A stretch of 63,221 bases of DNA, counting the filler, from Perkinsus chesapeaki ATCC PRA-425 (taxonomy: Eukaryota; Protista; Perkinsozoa): NCBI GenBank assembly GCA_013115145.1. It is 18 parts of 18 records of this genome, joined end to end, with 100 filler letters (N's around TTAATTAATTAA, not from the genome) between each part and the next. Parts side by side here need not be neighbours in the genome. Positions count along the whole stretch, not along the records: positions 59,963 to 61,301 come from JAAPAO010002029.1; positions 61,402 to 63,221 come from JAAPAO010001768.1; 16 more parts are not named here. The stretch is one strand, 5' to 3'. Position 1 is the first letter of the stretch; every line of letters starts with the position of its first letter. The notes beneath the pieces are model-generated. The model was not told where the DNA came from. It saw only the letters and a list, made by a program, of their open reading frames with translations, and searched no databases. Both the position numbers and the translations under genes were made by a program. Shown here piece by piece: positions 59,963 through 63,221 of the stretch.

Positions 59963-61301
59963 TGGTGGAGGTCTGACTCGAGGTCATAGGTCCCTATGCT
60001 GAATATGCATGGGGATAGGGATCCTCCTTGTGTTATTCCTTTGGTTCTTGCTCGCCTGGCTCCATCTAAGTAGATGGTATGCCCTTCTAGATATTCTCCG
60101 ATCATGTCCCCCAATGCCGGTGAGCCTGTCGCTTCGGAGACAGCTGTCTTCAGATGCGAGTGGGAAACGTGATCGAAGGCCGATTTCAGATCCCAGGTTC
60201 CCAAGGCTGTCGCCAGCCCATCCTTGTCCCTGTTATGGACTAGGTTCGCTATAGGTTCCAGGGCGGTCGAGCAACTTCGTCCTCTGGTAAAGCCGTGTAT
60301 TCCTTCCGGCTTCACTTTCAGTGCTTTCATCAATCGATTCTTGATGATAGTTTCCAGTAGTTTGCCAGTCGTCGAGGTGAGAGATACCGGTCGGAAAGCC
60401 CTGGGACCAGCCCCTCTACCTTTATCCAGCATGATCCAGTCCGCCCTTTTTAGGGGCTTAGGGTAGTATCCCCAATCCAAACAAGTATTTGCCAGTTGGG
60501 TGAATTGGTGCTTCCATCTACCAGTCGGGTTCTCTATCGCCCTGACTACATGCTCATAGGAGGCTTCATCCCATCCTGGGGCTTTACCCTTCTTGCCCTT
60601 GATCGATCTCAGTGCCCTATCCACCTCAGCCTCGGTTAGCTCCCCACCTCTTTCCGATAGTGAGCCGAGTCGGTATTGCCTGCTTTCAATTGCACGGGGG
60701 CGATCTATGTATTCCCCAACATAGTAGTTTAGTATCTCCTCCCTGTCATATTCCGTTTTCGCCGAGTGCTTGTACTTCAAGCTTTTATTCGCCTGTGCTA
60801 AGTCGTAATTCTCAAGTTCCTTTCTGCGGGATGCGGCTTTGGCTCTGACTATTTCCTTGTAGTAGGCCTTCCTTTTCTGCACCACCTCCGCTTTTTGTTG
60901 TTCTTCTGGGAGTCCTTGTCGATGGGTTTCTCTCAGCCTCCTCTGGGCGAGTTTTAGTGCCTTGCGCTTTTTGTCCAGATCATTGTTCCACCACGGATTA
61001 CTAATTCTTTCTCCTCTAGTGTTCTGTTTAGGGGTTGATGTTGTTACGGCCTTCCGCAGTGAGCCTATTAGCTTCCAGGCCCAGACGTCTAAGTCTTTGG
61101 TGGCTGTTATGCGTGGTATAACCGACGACACTCTGGCTATACTCTCGTCGAACGCCCGCCAATTGGTCTTCTTTGGTAGTCTTCTTACCTTCGCCTTCTC
61201 AGTCGGTGACGGTCCTTTAAATGTTGCCAACAGTCCCTTGTGGTCACCTGTAGAATCCTTTAATTCGGTCCCTATCCAATGTAGTCCCCTGTAAGCCATC
61301 A
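59963..61301 (-). mobile_element. APE-type non-LTR retrotransposon ORF2 fragment
   Basis: TGDHKGL (APE end), PWWN, KAPGWD, RPVSLTS..GKLLE, HGFTRGRSC, WDLKSAFD, GITQGGSLSP. Confidence 0.92.
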
Positions 61302-61402
61302 NNNNNNNNNNNNNNNNNNNNNNNNNNNNNNNNNNNNNNNNNNNNTTAATTAATTAANNNNNNNNNNNNNNNNNNNNNNNNNNNNNNNNNNNNNNNNNNN
61401 NT

Positions 61403-63220
61403 TATGCTTGTGACTCCTCTCTGTCTCAGCTAGCGTCGGTACCATCACCAAATACTACCACTTCTGCTAAAATTTTAGGGTACAACTGGAATCTGCAGAA
61501 GGACTCTCTTTCGGTGATACTATCACATGCCAACGACTGCTCGCTTAAAACTAGGCGGGAATGTTTTCAGACTCTCAGCAAGTTCTTTGACCCTTTAGGC
61601 ATCTGCATAGAAGCAGTCTCGAAGGAGAGGTACCTCTTGAGAGAAGCGGCTTGTAAGACAGCTAGTTGGGATTCCCAAGATGTACCCAATGATCTGGTTC
61701 TAGATATCAAAGCCCTCTTCAACGCCAACCTACCACCACAACCACGGTTTACAGATGTTCGCTCCGGTATTGTTGTCTACTGCGACGCAGCTGGAAGTGG
61801 TTGTATTTGTGCGGATGCACGCGCGATAGCTAGCGGTAGGCGAATAATTGCTCGACAACGTTCACTTAACCCATCATGGTCTATTGCTCGCCTAGAATTA
61901 TGTGGTCTCCTTCTAGCTGCGGAGTTGCTATCTACTATTCTGAGAGAGACCGATGTAGTAATCAACGATGGGTATAGTGTAGGGCCACTGTGGATCCTTA
62001 CTGATTCTCAGCTTAATGCCTGGCGTTTGCGTCGATCACCTAGCCTGGACGGGAAATATCTCCCCAAGTTCGAGTTACGCCGTATGAGGAAGTTAAGAGA
62101 ACGTTTGCATCATGTGGTCACTACCTATAAGATGACAGTCAATGTGGGTCAGATTTGCGGGCGGAGAAATCCTGCGGATTGTGCAACTCGCCCTAATATG
62201 CGCCCCCAATCTCAGATGATGGTCCTCTCATCAGAAGATATCAAGATGGCAGTTGAAGATGCAAAAGTGGTCTCAACATTTACTCCAGTGACTAATTTCG
62301 ATAACTATGGCGAGAATGATGATGACTTAGATGTAACTTTAGAAGTGGAAGATGAACAAGTTAATGCTGTTATTGCTTTGCAGAAGGAACCACTGTTATT
62401 ACAACCTGATGAGGAGCTACATCGACAGCTGAAGCTTGCACAGACGGTATGTCCGACTCTCCAAGAAGTCTATGCCAAGCTCAAATCCAGTGATGGTATG
62501 ATGGAAGGTTATGAATTACGAGAGGATCTTATTTATAAAGTCGGTAACGTGTCCCTCGATGACTCTAACCGTGGCTCATGTACTACCCATCAAATTATTG
62601 TGCCAGACAGCTGCAGAGATGTACAAGCATTGGTTGTGAAGTGGGTCCACGACAAACACGGTGGTCATCCTGGACGTACGACTCTTACAAGATGGGTTTG
62701 GCGAAGTTTTTATTGGAAAAGAGTTGATACAGCTGTCAGGGCTCTGAACCGAAACTGTGAAGGCTGTCAAGCAAGGAGGATTGCTGCTAATAGACGACGA
62801 ACACAGTCAACAAGACCTCCTGGTTGCTCAGTGCAATATGAGCCGTTCGCTATAGCTTATTTTGATGTTATGGGTCCCTACCAGTTGTCAAAAACGGATA
62901 CTGATGCCTCTAATAAGCTGTATGTGTTTACTCTATCGTGCCACTCAAGTAAATTTGTAAAATGTGAGGCTGCTCATGATAAATCTGGTTATAGCGCCTC
63001 ACAAGCCTTATTCAAGATGTTATCGGATGAAGGCCCAGTACGAGTACTAGTGGTAGATCAAGGTTTGAACGTTCCAGAGGTTATGTCTGTCGCCGATGAG
63101 TGGAACGCCATTGTGGTAGCTGCTCCTCCAAGAGGAGAAGAACTCCGTGGATGGGGAGAACGTGCTCACCGAGATGTCCATGCTGTCTTACGAGGTTGCC
63201 TTTGGGATCTATCGGCAGAG
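61403..63220 (+). mobile_element. BEL/Pao LTR retrotransposon pol (connection, RNase H, integrase); open frame with no stop in the window and absent from the ORF track
   Basis: KILGYNW, FFDPLG, YCDAAG, SIARLELCG, TDSQ, NPADCATR; integrase H..GHPG...CEGC, FDVMGPY, VDQG, GWGERAHR. Confidence 0.93.
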
Positions 63221-63221
63221 C

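Noticed and set aside
1833-61401. Recurring TTAATTAATTAA between N runs as a biological repeat or CRISPR-like array
   Set aside because: Invariant 100-nt layout with all-frame stops: an assembly concatenation linker.

Overview
This is not a continuous locus. It is 18 short eukaryotic contigs joined by synthetic 100-nt spacers (N44-TTAATTAATTAA-N44, with stops in all six frames), plus one internal N gap (~28805-28903), so adjacency across spacers has no biological meaning. The content points by inference to a Perkinsus-like alveolate: a spliced-leader-like motif, MOE-like Cys-rich secreted proteins, a RAP-domain gene, short GT-AG introns and a myzozoan-type mitochondrial rRNA fragment. Host genes are a class I fructose-bisphosphate aldolase, an intron-rich trehalose-6-phosphate phosphatase, a large RAP/helical-repeat gene, a HxHHY membrane protein, an OTU peptidase domain, several secreted proteins, tRNA-Thr(AGT) and degenerate tRNAs. 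Retroelements dominate: two tyrosine-recombinase (DIRS/Ngaro-like) elements, BEL/Pao pol (one long open frame missed by the ORF track), a decayed Ty3/Gypsy, two APE-type LINEs and one RLE-type (R4-like) LINE. The most notable observations are (1) a YR retroelement whose RT/RNaseH gene is inverted and divergent from a gag+YR block that has no RT between its two genes, (2) an extremely AT-rich contig carrying a mitochondrial LSU rRNA peptidyl-transferase fragment, and (3) a candidate spliced-leader relic or SL-RNA-like locus. All family calls rest on motif recognition by eye; no searches were run.
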